Part shown: piece after piece, positions 38,076 to 47,621 of the stretch | Layout: each line of letters opens with the position of its first letter | How positions within the stretch are numbered: position 1 is the stretch's first letter | Assembly: GCA_003553445.1 (NCBI GenBank) | Contig: PWEK01000017.1 | Location: forward strand, 89-64,088 | Direction of reading: 5' to 3' | Source: Elusimicrobiota bacterium | Lineage (GTDB): Bacteria; CG03; SLGR01 | Length of the DNA stretch: 64,000 bases | The notes under the pieces: model-generated | What the model was told of the DNA's origin: nothing | The model's database searches: none | What the model saw: the letters and a program-made list of their open reading frames with translations, nothing else | Made by a program: the position numbers and the translations under genes

Positions 38076-39876
38076 AGCTTATTCCTCCTGCCAGGTTTCT
38101 TCCGGGCATAGGATAAACCCCGGCGGAATCTCCGGGCAGGTCCGCGTAAATACTGTAGGAGGAATCAAGAAGATTATCAATTTCGGCAAAAATCTTAAGG
38201 TTATCAAAAAGCCGGTAATTTGCCCTTAAATTTATAGTTAAATAATCATCCAGCTTTCCCTTTTTCTCGTTTTTCGAATAATAAGAAGAAACATATTCAC
38301 CCCCTAAATCAAAGTATAAATCTCCGGGAGAAAAAGAAAGAGAAGCCCCCGCCTTATTTCCGGGCCTTCCCATTGTATGCTCACCCGGATCCAGGTATGA
38401 GTAAGAGACCCTAACTGAAGACAGGTCCCATAAACCAGCGGATACCGCCGCTTCCGCTCCCCGGAACTCAAACTCTCCCTCATTTTTAAAGATGCCGGGG
38501 CCATCACCGCTTCTTTGAATAATATCTTCGCCTGTTTTCCTGAAAGCAGAAAGGTCAATATCAATATTTTGACCTATCCTATGCCTTAAGCCGACCTCAT
38601 AATTCACAGCTTTTTCCGGTTTCAAATCCTTATTAGACGCAGGATACATGTAAAGGTCATTTATCTGGGGAGACCTGAAGCCCTCGCTCCTTGACGCCCT
38701 GAAGGTGGTTCTTCGGGATAAATTATAAACAGCCCCCAGTTGAGTTGAAATATTGTTATCCGTCTTTTCATCAATATTGTATCTAGCCCCGGTAAAAAGG
38801 CTCAGCGCATCGGAGAACCTCTGTTCATACATTAGATAGAAGGCGTATTCGTTTTTTTTCCACTCCCCGCCGAACGGGCCGTCTTCAAACTCTCCGGCCT
38901 GCTGCCTGAATTCAATACCTGAAATAATTCTGTTACCCCCCCAAACACGTGATACTGCGTTAAAAATGAGCCCGTTGGTGTAATCCTCAGATTCATAACC
39001 CCCGGAAAACTCATGGTCCCCGAAATTCCTGTAAGCCTTTACTCCGAATAAAGACCTCCCGGCCGCCATCTCATAATCCATCTCGACTGCGCCCCTCTCA
39101 TATGTCTGCCACTCATCAGCCAGATGAGAAGGCTCCCCCTCCGGCGCGGGCTCCTCCCTTGTACCGCTGTAATACCGGACATTTAAATCCATGCGGGAGT
39201 TTTCTCCAGGCTCTGTTCTCATCCTTAAAGAGTAATCTGCTGATTCATACCCCGAATTTTCCCGAAATCCGTCAGTCTGAGAACCTCCTGCAGTAAAAAC
39301 ATATCCGAACCTTTCAAAACCGCCGCTCTGCATAATCCTCAGCTGCTTTTTACCGAAAGAGCCCACTGAAGTACGTATTTCTCCGCCAAAGCCCTTTTTC
39401 TGATCACTCCTGGTAATTATATTAACAGCCCCGCCCATGGCATCCGAGCCGTAAAGAACTGAAGCAGGGCCCCTTACAATATCCAGTCTCTGAATGTTAT
39501 CAACGGGAAGCGTCTGTGTAATACTGCACCCGAAAAGACCCATTTTTGTCGGCCTGCCATCCACCAGTATCATAACCTTTCTGCCCCTGTCCCCGAGACC
39601 CCTCACAGCTATATCAGACCTTCCGAAATCCCCCGTCCTGTGAACATGAATACCCGGCTGAGAATTAAGAATCCTGTTATAAGAAAATATATTATCCTTC
39701 TCGATTTCTTCTCTTTCAATAACGCTAGAAGAAAAGGGAAGACCCTCTATACCGCTGGTCACCCCTGCAGGACTTACAACAAGAACCCCCAGATCCAGGT
39801 CCGGAACTTCCGCCCTCAAGTCTGAATAAACAAAAACAGATACAGCCAGCATAACAGAAATAAATATTGACTTCAT
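38065..39876 (-). CDS. TonB-dependent outer-membrane receptor
   Basis: 603 aa with signal peptide. Plug motifs (VRGLGDRGRKVMILVDGRP, YGSDAMGGAVNIIT). The barrel ends in GGISYAF (C-terminal Phe). Confidence 0.85.
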   Translation of the reverse strand: MKSIFISVMLAVSVFVYSDLRAEVPDLDLGVLVVSPAGVTSGIEGLPFSSSVIEREEIEKDNIFSYNRILNSQPGIHVHRTGDFGRSDIAVRGLGDRGRKVMILVDGRPTKMGLFGCSITQTLPVDNIQRLDIVRGPASVLYGSDAMGGAVNIITRSDQKKGFGGEIRTSVGSFGKKQLRIMQSGGFERFGYVFTAGGSQTDGFRENSGYESADYSLRMRTEPGENSRMDLNVRYYSGTREEPAPEGEPSHLADEWQTYERGAVEMDYEMAAGRSLFGVKAYRNFGDHEFSGGYESEDYTNGLIFNAVSRVWGGNRIISGIEFRQQAGEFEDGPFGGEWKKNEYAFYLMYEQRFSDALSLFTGARYNIDEKTDNNISTQLGAVYNLSRRTTFRASRSEGFRSPQINDLYMYPASNKDLKPEKAVNYEVGLRHRIGQNIDIDLSAFRKTGEDIIQRSGDGPGIFKNEGEFEFRGAEAAVSAGLWDLSSVRVSYSYLDPGEHTMGRPGNKAGASLSFSPGDLYFDLGGEYVSSYYSKNEKKGKLDDYLTINLRANYRLFDNLKIFAEIDNLLDSSYSIYADLPGDSAGVYPMPGRNLAGGISYAF

Positions 39877-40139
39877 AATAAATCCTTTCTATTTTTAAAA
39901 AATCACCCCAAAAACCGCTGATTTCCAGCCTTGCGCTACTAGCTGAAAAGACGTGTTACGATTATGATTTTTATAACATTATTAGGTTTTAAAGTCAATT
40001 TAACCTTAACTTATGAAAAGATGACACATCAAAGAAAAAAAGGACTTACCGGTTAGATTTTTACTTCAATCCTGATGTGTAAGGAATCAGCGCATCAGAT
40101 ACTTTGGCACGGCGGTATCATATGAATCGCTTTATCTAT

Positions 40140-40174
40140 AATCCGAAGAAAAGCCGCTACCCTTTTCCGGGATT
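40140..40174 (-). terminator. Interrupted hairpin ~35 nt downstream of the giant adhesin stop (weak terminator candidate)
   Basis: Plus strand reads aatcc-gaa-gaaaag-ccgctacc-cttttc-cg-ggatt. The trailing sequence on the reverse strand is only moderately U-rich. Confidence 0.3.
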
Positions 40175-40208
40175 CCCAAATAATCTAAAGTAACAATTGC
40201 TCTATTAT

Positions 40209-43200
40209 TTATCTTACAACAGAGAATTTCCGGGTTTTTACATTTCCTTCACTTTCTACAACCATTATGTATACACCCGATGCCAAATCTTCAGCCTTTT
40301 CCCACCTATAGCTTTCAGCTCCGCCTCTATGGGTGAAACTGTCCACAAGCTCTCCGGCAATATTAAATATTCTTATGTCCGAGCCGCCGGGGAGGTTGGC
40401 GATAATAATTCCCTTATCACCGTATGCGCCTCCGTAATCGCTGTCCCCGGGCTTAAACGGGTTGGGATATGCGAAAACTTTATCAACATCGGTAAGTTCA
40501 GCTTTATCCAATACCAGTGAAAACACTGAGAGCCGGTCAAGTTTGGCCTGTATGAGCAAATCCTCCTTTATAAGAGTCGTTTTATTTTTTGGTATAAACT
40601 CCCATTCCTGCTCATCCTCTTTAAGGCGGACAACCCTCAGCCTGTCAATTTCCGAATCCGAAAGTGTCTCAGGGTATTTAAACTGTATGACAATCCTATC
40701 CCCTTCTTCAAGAACATCTCCATAATCGTATATAGGGCTGCCATCGGTATACCTTAAAAGAAAATTTCTGGGAGTTACCTGTATTGTTTCTGCCCCCTCA
40801 GGCAGATTGTTATCCGCATTATCAGCTTTTTCTTTCTGATTCTCATCCATCTCCCTAATTTCGGCTACTGTCGGCTTAACTGTCCTAACGGTCATAGTGA
40901 TATTCGGATCATCAGAATCTTCTACGGTAGCTTTTACCGGGTCATAGTCTTCCTCCACGCTTAATGTTTTCACTGATTGCGTAGAAGACCACACAGTGTT
41001 TCCCGCCACATCTTTGAGCTGCACCTTAAACCAGTATGTAGTATCGTCGTTAAGTCCGGGCCACATATATTTATTTGAGTCCAACCAGTGAGTTCTCTCC
41101 GGCGAAGCGCACTGACTGTAAGTACTCATAGCAAACATGTATGGATTCTCGGCAAGGCCGCTAAAATAATCTGTCGCTGATACAGTAAGGTTCGTATGAT
41201 AATAATCTGCCTCTATATCAAAATCCTCAATAACCGGAGAAGTATTATCAATCAGCACAGCCTGTGTGGAGCTCCACTGAGAATAGTTCCCGGCCCGGTC
41301 TTTTGCATTAACGCGCCACCAGTACGTGACCTGGCCCAGTTCTGTCACCTCAACTTCCCTATCGGATGTAATGGATGATTCATATATGCCAAAACCAGCT
41401 TCCGTGGATACCTGCAGCTCATATAAATCCAATCCGCTCACTCCGGCATCTACCTCTTTCCAGCGGAAAGTAACTGTTGACGAAGACCAGGATAAATCAG
41501 CCGGGGACTTCAGTTGAGGCGCATCCGGCGGGGTTGTATCCACAGTCAAATCAAAAACTTCACTCCAGGAGCTCCAGAAATTATCCGAATTTTTTCTCTT
41601 TACCCGCCAGAAGTAGTTCCCGTTATCCATACTTTCTGAAAGTTGAGTGGCTGTATTGGAAGTTACAGCATCGGTAGAATAATTTACCGAACCAAACTCA
41701 GAATCCGTAGAAACCTGTAACTTAAACTCAACCTGTTCTTTTCCCACATATGCCCACTCAAATTCGGGTTGGTTATCAGATGTAAATTCTCCCTTGGGCG
41801 GTGAAACAGGCTCCGGCGGTATGGGGGGTGTGTAGAAACTTAAAATTTCTCCTTCTTTCGCCTCTTCCCCGGCTTCGACCAAGGCCTTAAAATAATAGGT
41901 TGTCTCCGGCAAAAGAGAACTTACCATATACGAAAAACTCCCCGGCGAGCTTACCATCTCCCCTTCAGTAATATCCCATTCTTCCTCCCCATCCTCTTTC
42001 CATTTGAAATATACTTCCGCCTGGGAATAATCGCTTATATAAACGAGCTCCCCGGATAAGGTCGCAGTACTGTACGTTAATTTTTCTAAGCCGGCTGTCT
42101 CCACGGTAAGGGGAGGATACTGCAAGGCCAGTGCGGGATAACCTGAATAGGGGCCCTCTTCGGGAGCCATGCTGTCAGCGACACCCTCGTACTGATCTTC
42201 ATTCCAATCTGTTACCTGCCATACAGTTTCAAAATCCCAGCCTTCATAGGTCTCTTCATCATAAGGAAAGATCATTTCTTCTGTATCTCTTCCTTCTCCG
42301 CCCGTTGATCCTCTCTGTCCTGAAGTTTCTTGGTTGTAGTATGAATAATTTACTTCTCCGGGATTGTACCCGACCAAACCGCCGGCCTGCGTATCCGTGT
42401 TTTCAACTTTACCGGTACTGTATGAGTAGTTTATCTTTCCGCCATTGTACCCGACCAAGCCGCCTCTATTACCCTCTCCTTCAACCTCTGATGTACTGTA
42501 TGAGTTGTTTATTATCCCGCGATTATCCCCGGCCAAGCCTCCGACATGTGCCCCGCCCTCAACTTTACCTCTGCTGTATGAGCTGGCGATTGTCCCGCCT
42601 TCCAGATTATACCCGACCAGTCCGCCGGTTTGAGAACCTCCTGAAACTTCTGCGGCAGCGTATGAGTTAGCAATTGTTCCTAAATTGTTTCCTACCAGTG
42701 CTCCGGTATAGTAATTTCCCGTAATATCCGCGTCCAATAACCCAACATCATTTATTTTTGAGACTTCCGCTATGTCACCGAACAATCCCACGCGGTTCTC
42801 GTCGTCTCTGTCTATATACAAATCGCTGATGGTATGCCCATTTCCGTCAAATGTTCCTTCAAACGGGTCAAGATATTCACCTATGGGCTCCCAGCCTTTA
42901 CCCGCATTTGCGTTAGAACTTGCATAGTCTTCATAACCGTCACTTCCACTGTCCAGGTCTGTCTTCAATACATAGTTCTCGCTTAAATCATATTTAATAT
43001 TATAAAGATCCTCCCAGCTGTGTATTTCCGTAGGGGCGACCTGCATCGTAAAACTAACTGTCTTAGAAGTTTCTTCTACCTGAAAACTGCCCTGGTAATC
43101 AACGTATCCCGTCGTTGAGACAAAAAAGTAATATGTGCCGGAAGAGAGCTCTACTGTCACTTCTCCGCTTTCATCGGTGAGCTGTCCTGGTATTACTTTT

Positions 43201-45917
43201 TCTTCATACCCCTCGTCTTCATATATATCAATCTCAACACCCTCTAAGCTGTTTTCTTCGGCAAATGTTACATCATATAAGTCCGGATATTCTGTAGCGT
43301 AAATTAGCCATACGGAGGACTCCGCTCCCTCCTGCCAGGCAAGATAAGGATAACCGTCATATAATTCTTGTTCAGTTTCTATATCTATATCCCAGTCGCC
43401 GTAGTAGTAGGTCAGAAAATCCTGCATCTTCTCGGTTGGTAGAGCTTTCACATTGTCTATAGCTGCGTGGGATGCAGTTCCGACCGGATCGTCTTGACCG
43501 GTGGTTTCCTCGTCAGAGAACGAATTCGTGATTTCTCCATGCCAGCTATACCCGACCAGACCCCCTACAGTAGAAGTTCCGGTGGTGAATCCGATACTGT
43601 AGGAGTCATGAACTTCCCCCGACCGGTTCCGTCCGACAAGCCCTCCTACATTATGAATTCCTGAAACTTCTCCGGCGCTGTATGAGTCATGAACTTCACC
43701 ATACCAATTTCGCCCGACAAGCCCTCCTACGTCGTCGCCTTCAGAGTAAACATCTCCGGTGCTGTATGAGTTTCTGATTTCCCCAGTTGCGCCTAAACTA
43801 TCGCCATCATTCCGCCCGACCAATCCCCCTACGCTAAAATAGTCACCCGTGCTGGAAACATCTCCGGTGCTGTATGAGTCAAGAACCTCTCCCTCGTTAT
43901 TCCCTACCAACCCTCCCGCATTTCTACTTATTCCTTCGGGCTCTATATCCCCGGAAACCTCCACGGAGCTATGCGACTTAAGAACTTTGTCCTGATTATC
44001 CCCAACCAGCCCTCCTATATCCTGCCTGCCTGAAACATCTCCGGTGCTGTATGAGTCAGTAATTTTCCCCCAATTGCTTCCGACCAGGGCCCCGGTATAA
44101 TCCTGTCCAGTAATATCTGCATTCAATAAACCGATGTTCTCCACAGTTCCCTCTGTGTTCCCGAACAAACCTACGTAATCCTCTTCGCTTCTGTCTATAT
44201 ACAAATCGCTGATGGTATGACCGCCACCGTCAAATGTCTCACGAAACGACTCAGAGTAGTCACCGATGGGATCCCAGCCTTTGCCGTCATTTGCATTAGA
44301 ACTTGCATAATCATCATAACCTTCGCTTTCGCTGTCCAGGTCTGTCATTAATACAAAGTCCCTGCTTAAATCAAATCTGATATTATAAAGGTCCTCCCAG
44401 CTGTTTATTTCCGCGGAAGGAACCGACATTTTAAAGTTGACTGTTTTAGGCTCCTGTTCAACCTCAAAACTTCCCTGGAAATCCACGTAATCCGGCTTTG
44501 AACCCGAATAATGGTAGGTGCCGGACAAGAGGCTTATTGTGGCTTCCCCGCTCTCATTTGTAGGAAGTCCCGCTACTAATTTTTCTTCAAGCTCTTCATC
44601 TCCATATATGTCTATCTCCACTTCATCCAGGTTGTTTTCTTCGTCAAATGTCACTTCATATAATTCAGGCCATTCTTCGGCGTAAATTATCCATATATGC
44701 GAATCTTCACCGTCCTGCCAGGCTAAATAGGGGTAACCGTCGTTTAATTCTTCTTCTGTATCTATATATATATCCCAGGTGCCGTAAATATATGTCAGGA
44801 TATCTTTCATCTCTTCGGTGGTCCTGGGGGTACCTTTGCCTTCGTCGTCATTTTGACCTGAAGTTTGCTTGTCGTAATATGAGTTAATAACCTCCCCCCA
44901 ATTATTCCCGACCAGACCCCCGGTATTCTCATTACCTGAGACTTCTCCTATGCTGTAGGAATTAATAATTGTTTCTCTATTCCACCCGACCAATCCCCCC
45001 ACCTTACTGTCTCCGGAAACCTCTCCGGTGCTGTATGAGTTAGAGACTTCTGCGTTCCAGCTATACCCTATTAATCCCCCAACTTCTTCATTTCCCTTAA
45101 TTTCTGCGGAGCTGTATGAATTACTGATTTCTCCGTTTCCGGTAGCCATACCGATCAAGCCTCCTGTGCTATCCTCTCCTGAGACATCTCCGGTGCTAAA
45201 GGAGTCGGTTATTTTACCCCAATTGAGCCCGGCCAGAGCCCCGGTATTATCCCCTCCCGTAATATCTGCATCTAATACCCCGGTGTCTTTTATTTCCGCA
45301 TCCGATCCGGCAAACCCGAACAATCCCACGCGCTCCCTTTCGCTCCTGTCTATAAATAAATCGCTGATTGTATAACCGCTACCGTCAAATGTTCCATCAA
45401 ACGAATCATCAAAGTCACCAACGGGATTCCATCCAAGAACCATATTTTCATACTCTACATAAACGTATCTTTCTTCCGTGTTTTCTTCTATGGTAATCGT
45501 GGGATAGTCTATTGTATGGTTTATAGAGTTTCCTTCATCATCTTCAACTGATAAAATCGAATCGTATTCATACTCATCGAAAGGTATATCTATCGTATCG
45601 CCTTCATCCCAAGTTTCTTGCCATCCAGCATCTTTTTCAGATTTATAGTCCTCTTGTTCAGTATTGTGCTCATCATAGCCATCGCTTTCTTCGTTTAAAT
45701 CATTCATTAATTTGAAGTGTACGTTACTGTCATTTAAGTAATCATTCATTTCCTGGAGCTCGCTCCAGTCGGTGATTTCGTAGGGGCTTTCTTCCGTACC
45801 CTCGCCATCACCCGAATAACCTAAAAGCTCGGCTGCACCCGAATGTATAAAACAAAAAACCAGCGGCATAACAACCGCTGGCTTAATTAATCCTGCCAAT
45901 CCTTTTTTTCTTCGCAT
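40209..45917 (-). CDS. Giant secreted GLUG-repeat adhesin-like protein with FN3/Ig-like domains and T9SS-type C-terminal sorting domain
   Basis: Track ORF of 1907 aa starts at a TTG. I prefer ATG 45917 (MRRKKGLAGL..) preceded by GGAGG. I count 14 GGL[VIA]G motifs plus 3 TGAL[AV]G variants, in three ~455-aa modules. Four FN3-like segments follow. The C-terminus is VFAYPNPFKPG..IRIFNIAGELV..ASGVYIMVVESEGNVKTRKFSVVR. Confidence 0.8.
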   Translation of the reverse strand: MRRKKGLAGLIKPAVVMPLVFCFIHSGAAELLGYSGDGEGTEESPYEITDWSELQEMNDYLNDSNVHFKLMNDLNEESDGYDEHNTEQEDYKSEKDAGWQETWDEGDTIDIPFDEYEYDSILSVEDDEGNSINHTIDYPTITIEENTEERYVYVEYENMVLGWNPVGDFDDSFDGTFDGSGYTISDLFIDRSERERVGLFGFAGSDAEIKDTGVLDADITGGDNTGALAGLNWGKITDSFSTGDVSGEDSTGGLIGMATGNGEISNSYSSAEIKGNEEVGGLIGYSWNAEVSNSYSTGEVSGDSKVGGLVGWNRETIINSYSIGEVSGNENTGGLVGNNWGEVINSYYDKQTSGQNDDEGKGTPRTTEEMKDILTYIYGTWDIYIDTEEELNDGYPYLAWQDGEDSHIWIIYAEEWPELYEVTFDEENNLDEVEIDIYGDEELEEKLVAGLPTNESGEATISLLSGTYHYSGSKPDYVDFQGSFEVEQEPKTVNFKMSVPSAEINSWEDLYNIRFDLSRDFVLMTDLDSESEGYDDYASSNANDGKGWDPIGDYSESFRETFDGGGHTISDLYIDRSEEDYVGLFGNTEGTVENIGLLNADITGQDYTGALVGSNWGKITDSYSTGDVSGRQDIGGLVGDNQDKVLKSHSSVEVSGDIEPEGISRNAGGLVGNNEGEVLDSYSTGDVSSTGDYFSVGGLVGRNDGDSLGATGEIRNSYSTGDVYSEGDDVGGLVGRNWYGEVHDSYSAGEVSGIHNVGGLVGRNRSGEVHDSYSIGFTTGTSTVGGLVGYSWHGEITNSFSDEETTGQDDPVGTASHAAIDNVKALPTEKMQDFLTYYYGDWDIDIETEQELYDGYPYLAWQEGAESSVWLIYATEYPDLYDVTFAEENSLEGVEIDIYEDEGYEEKVIPGQLTDESGEVTVELSSGTYYFFVSTTGYVDYQGSFQVEETSKTVSFTMQVAPTEIHSWEDLYNIKYDLSENYVLKTDLDSGSDGYEDYASSNANAGKGWEPIGEYLDPFEGTFDGNGHTISDLYIDRDDENRVGLFGDIAEVSKINDVGLLDADITGNYYTGALVGNNLGTIANSYAAAEVSGGSQTGGLVGYNLEGGTIASSYSRGKVEGGAHVGGLAGDNRGIINNSYSTSEVEGEGNRGGLVGYNGGKINYSYSTGKVENTDTQAGGLVGYNPGEVNYSYYNQETSGQRGSTGGEGRDTEEMIFPYDEETYEGWDFETVWQVTDWNEDQYEGVADSMAPEEGPYSGYPALALQYPPLTVETAGLEKLTYSTATLSGELVYISDYSQAEVYFKWKEDGEEEWDITEGEMVSSPGSFSYMVSSLLPETTYYFKALVEAGEEAKEGEILSFYTPPIPPEPVSPPKGEFTSDNQPEFEWAYVGKEQVEFKLQVSTDSEFGSVNYSTDAVTSNTATQLSESMDNGNYFWRVKRKNSDNFWSSWSEVFDLTVDTTPPDAPQLKSPADLSWSSSTVTFRWKEVDAGVSGLDLYELQVSTEAGFGIYESSITSDREVEVTELGQVTYWWRVNAKDRAGNYSQWSSTQAVLIDNTSPVIEDFDIEADYYHTNLTVSATDYFSGLAENPYMFAMSTYSQCASPERTHWLDSNKYMWPGLNDDTTYWFKVQLKDVAGNTVWSSTQSVKTLSVEEDYDPVKATVEDSDDPNITMTVRTVKPTVAEIREMDENQKEKADNADNNLPEGAETIQVTPRNFLLRYTDGSPIYDYGDVLEEGDRIVIQFKYPETLSDSEIDRLRVVRLKEDEQEWEFIPKNKTTLIKEDLLIQAKLDRLSVFSLVLDKAELTDVDKVFAYPNPFKPGDSDYGGAYGDKGIIIANLPGGSDIRIFNIAGELVDSFTHRGGAESYRWEKAEDLASGVYIMVVESEGNVKTRKFSVVR
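42100..45782 (-). repeat. Three tandem ~1.37-kb intragenic modules of the GLUG-repeat gene
   Basis: Module starts lie at ~45782 (YEITDWSELQEM), ~44417 (SAEINSWEDLYNIRFDLS) and ~43034 (PTEIHSWEDLYNIKYDLS). An identical 29-nt DNA stretch ctgtctatatacaaatcgctgatggtatg occurs at 44191-44219 and 42808-42836. Confidence 0.8.
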
Positions 45918-45963
45918 AAAACCTCCATTCAAACCTGCCCTAAAGTGTACCTTTTTAATTTGA

Positions 45964-45992
45964 ATTATAAAACAATATTAACTTAATTTCAA
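45964..45992 (-). promoter_or_regulatory. Sigma-70-like promoter of the giant adhesin gene
   Basis: Reverse strand has TTGAAA (45992-45987), a 17-nt spacer, then TATAAT (45969-45964), ~45 nt upstream of ATG 45917. Confidence 0.5.
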
Positions 45993-46208
45993 AAAACCAA
46001 CAAATTTCTATTTCTATTCCAATCTGCCTTTTTATTTCCCCCCTAAGGTTTTCTTTCTTTATAAAACATGCATATAACAAAATATGATTTGTCCTATAAG
46101 ATTGAATATCAAGCCAAGAAATTTTTAAATAGGCTTACATATCGGGAATTTCAACATACCATCAGCCGGGCATACATATATTTTGTGGCAAAAAAAGTGG
46201 GAATTTAA

Positions 46209-46772
46209 TTAGAAGAGATAGGGAATAAAACGATAGGGAACTGTCTTTTTATATTCTTCATATTCTTTCCCATATTGCTTATGAAGCCAGTCTTCTTCCA
46301 CAAAGACTGTCAGCAATAAGAAGATTATGTGAAGGGCAGTTAAAAGAATCATTAAGATTGAATAAGTCATCAATACCGCTCCTGCAAATTTAATTATTAT
46401 GCCTGTCGACTGGGGATTGCGACAGACTCTATATGGACCCTCAGTAGAGAATTCTCCTTTGAGCCCGAATGTTGTTTTAAAGTTAAGAATTAAAAAAACC
46501 CAGACAAATAAAACTAAACCGGATAAAAACATAACTGTCCCTATCCAGGAAATAATGTTAAATTCGGAAAAAGGTTTCAGGGTAAATATCATAACTGCCA
46601 GAGTGGAAGTATAAAAGATTATCCACAAAGCCCATTCGGTCACGCTTAAAATATTAACTTTCGTGTTGGGCCAGATATTAATTTTAGAAACTTTTATATT
46701 AAGAATTAAACCTATAATTAATATAAGGCCAGAAATTACAGATGCATAAAAACCAACTAATTCCCACCTCAT
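46209..46772 (-). CDS. Isoprenylcysteine carboxyl methyltransferase (ICMT/PEMT)-family membrane protein
   Basis: 187 aa with 4-5 TM segments. EGPYRVCRNPQSTGIIIKFAG resembles the family motif G-P-Y-x-x-V/C-R-H/N-P-x-Y. Confidence 0.5.
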   Translation of the reverse strand: MRWELVGFYASVISGLILIIGLILNIKVSKINIWPNTKVNILSVTEWALWIIFYTSTLAVMIFTLKPFSEFNIISWIGTVMFLSGLVLFVWVFLILNFKTTFGLKGEFSTEGPYRVCRNPQSTGIIIKFAGAVLMTYSILMILLTALHIIFLLLTVFVEEDWLHKQYGKEYEEYKKTVPYRFIPYLF

Positions 46773-46859
46773 TTTTTACCTCCCGATTCCGATTTAATTC
46801 TTTCCTTAACTATGTGTTTTTATCATCTGTGTTAAAATATTTCAATAACCTCAAAGAAT

Positions 46860-47207
46860 TCAGGGTTTTTCTCCCCCCCCGAAAAATTCACCAACCCTTG
46901 AAGAAAAAAGCCTTACTCCCCACCTTATATCTCTGAAAAAATTAGAAACCCGTATGGCTAGATTTTCCAAAAACCCTCTTTCAACAGGCGGTTTTGTAAA
47001 AGAATCCGCATATGCAGGTCTTTCCCCGGATTCATACTGTGTATTGTTATCTTCCTGCATTTCAGAAGGGCTCTCCCAGGAATCCTCATATGACGGTTCA
47101 ATTCTCCTGCTCTCTGCAGAACCATAATTATAACTTCCCCGAGACAATTGCATAAACGAAAAACAAAAGACGATACTTAAAACTGCAATTTTTCCAAATA
47201 TGTTCAT
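46860..47207 (-). CDS. Small secreted hypothetical protein
   Basis: GGAGG lies 6 nt upstream of ATG 47207 (MNIFGKIAVLSIVFCFSFMQLSRG signal). Acidic/Ser-rich mature part. No family recognised. Confidence 0.4.
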   Translation of the reverse strand: MNIFGKIAVLSIVFCFSFMQLSRGSYNYGSAESRRIEPSYEDSWESPSEMQEDNNTQYESGERPAYADSFTKPPVERGFLENLAIRVSNFFRDIRWGVRLFSSRVGEFFGGGEKP

Positions 47208-47306
47208 AATTACCTCCATTTGAAAACCCTTATACTTTTAAATTTAACAATAATTTTCAACTATATTGCTTTAGTATAAACTAATTATACCATATTATTA
47301 TGTAAT

Positions 47307-47341
47307 TTGTGAAAAAAACATGTGAAATTAATGTGAAATTG
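47307..47341. promoter_or_regulatory. Direct repeats of TGTGAAA(TT), two of them in 11-bp register, in the AT-rich region upstream of the sigma gene
   Basis: tttgtgaaaaa (47307-47317), catgtgaaatta (47319-47330), atgtgaaattg (47331-47341). The last two form a tandem 11-bp repeat, i.e. one helical turn. Confidence 0.3.
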
Positions 47342-47621
47342 AAACCTGACATAAACTGTGGCCTGAAATGTATGTGGTCTTTTGATATTTATACATAACT
47401 TAGCTGGTTTAATAAAGTGTCCATGTGTTGTCATTTTTTTTATCTTTCACAATAACAAAACATTTATTCGAGGCCTAAATGATTTTTTCAGTCAGTTATT
47501 TATTTTGACATTTTTCTAAAAATTTAGTAAAGAAAATATACCGCTCAACGAAGAGCCTGCCGTAAAGAACAAAGATGTTCTCCATCACAATGAAGTTAAT
47601 TTCGATAAAAGGAGATGGAGA

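Noticed and set aside
39960-39983. gattatgatttttataacattatt as a possible Fur/Zur box upstream of the TonB-dependent receptor operon
   Set aside because: By my count only ~12 of 19 positions match the classical Fur consensus. Dyad symmetry is poor and AT-rich intergenic DNA gives such matches easily. It needs a PWM scan before any claim.
40105-40120. TGGCAC-N5-TATCA resembling a sigma-54 -24/-12 element
   Set aside because: The -12 GC is missing (TATCA instead of TTGCA). The element also points rightward into the 3' end of a reverse-strand gene, so it has nothing to drive.
42131-42670. Long antisense ORFs inside large genes (this one 179 aa; also 27351-27863, 4023-4505, 18924-19388, 49432-49926, 26100-26546)
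   Set aside because: All lie opposite genes with strong domain evidence. Their translations are Pro/Ser/Arg-rich, typical of reverse-frame artefacts. I saw no RBS or motif support.
46873-46880. 8-nt C/G homopolymer near the 3' end of the small secreted ORF
   Set aside because: It is shorter than typical phase-variable tracts, and a slip would change only the last few residues.
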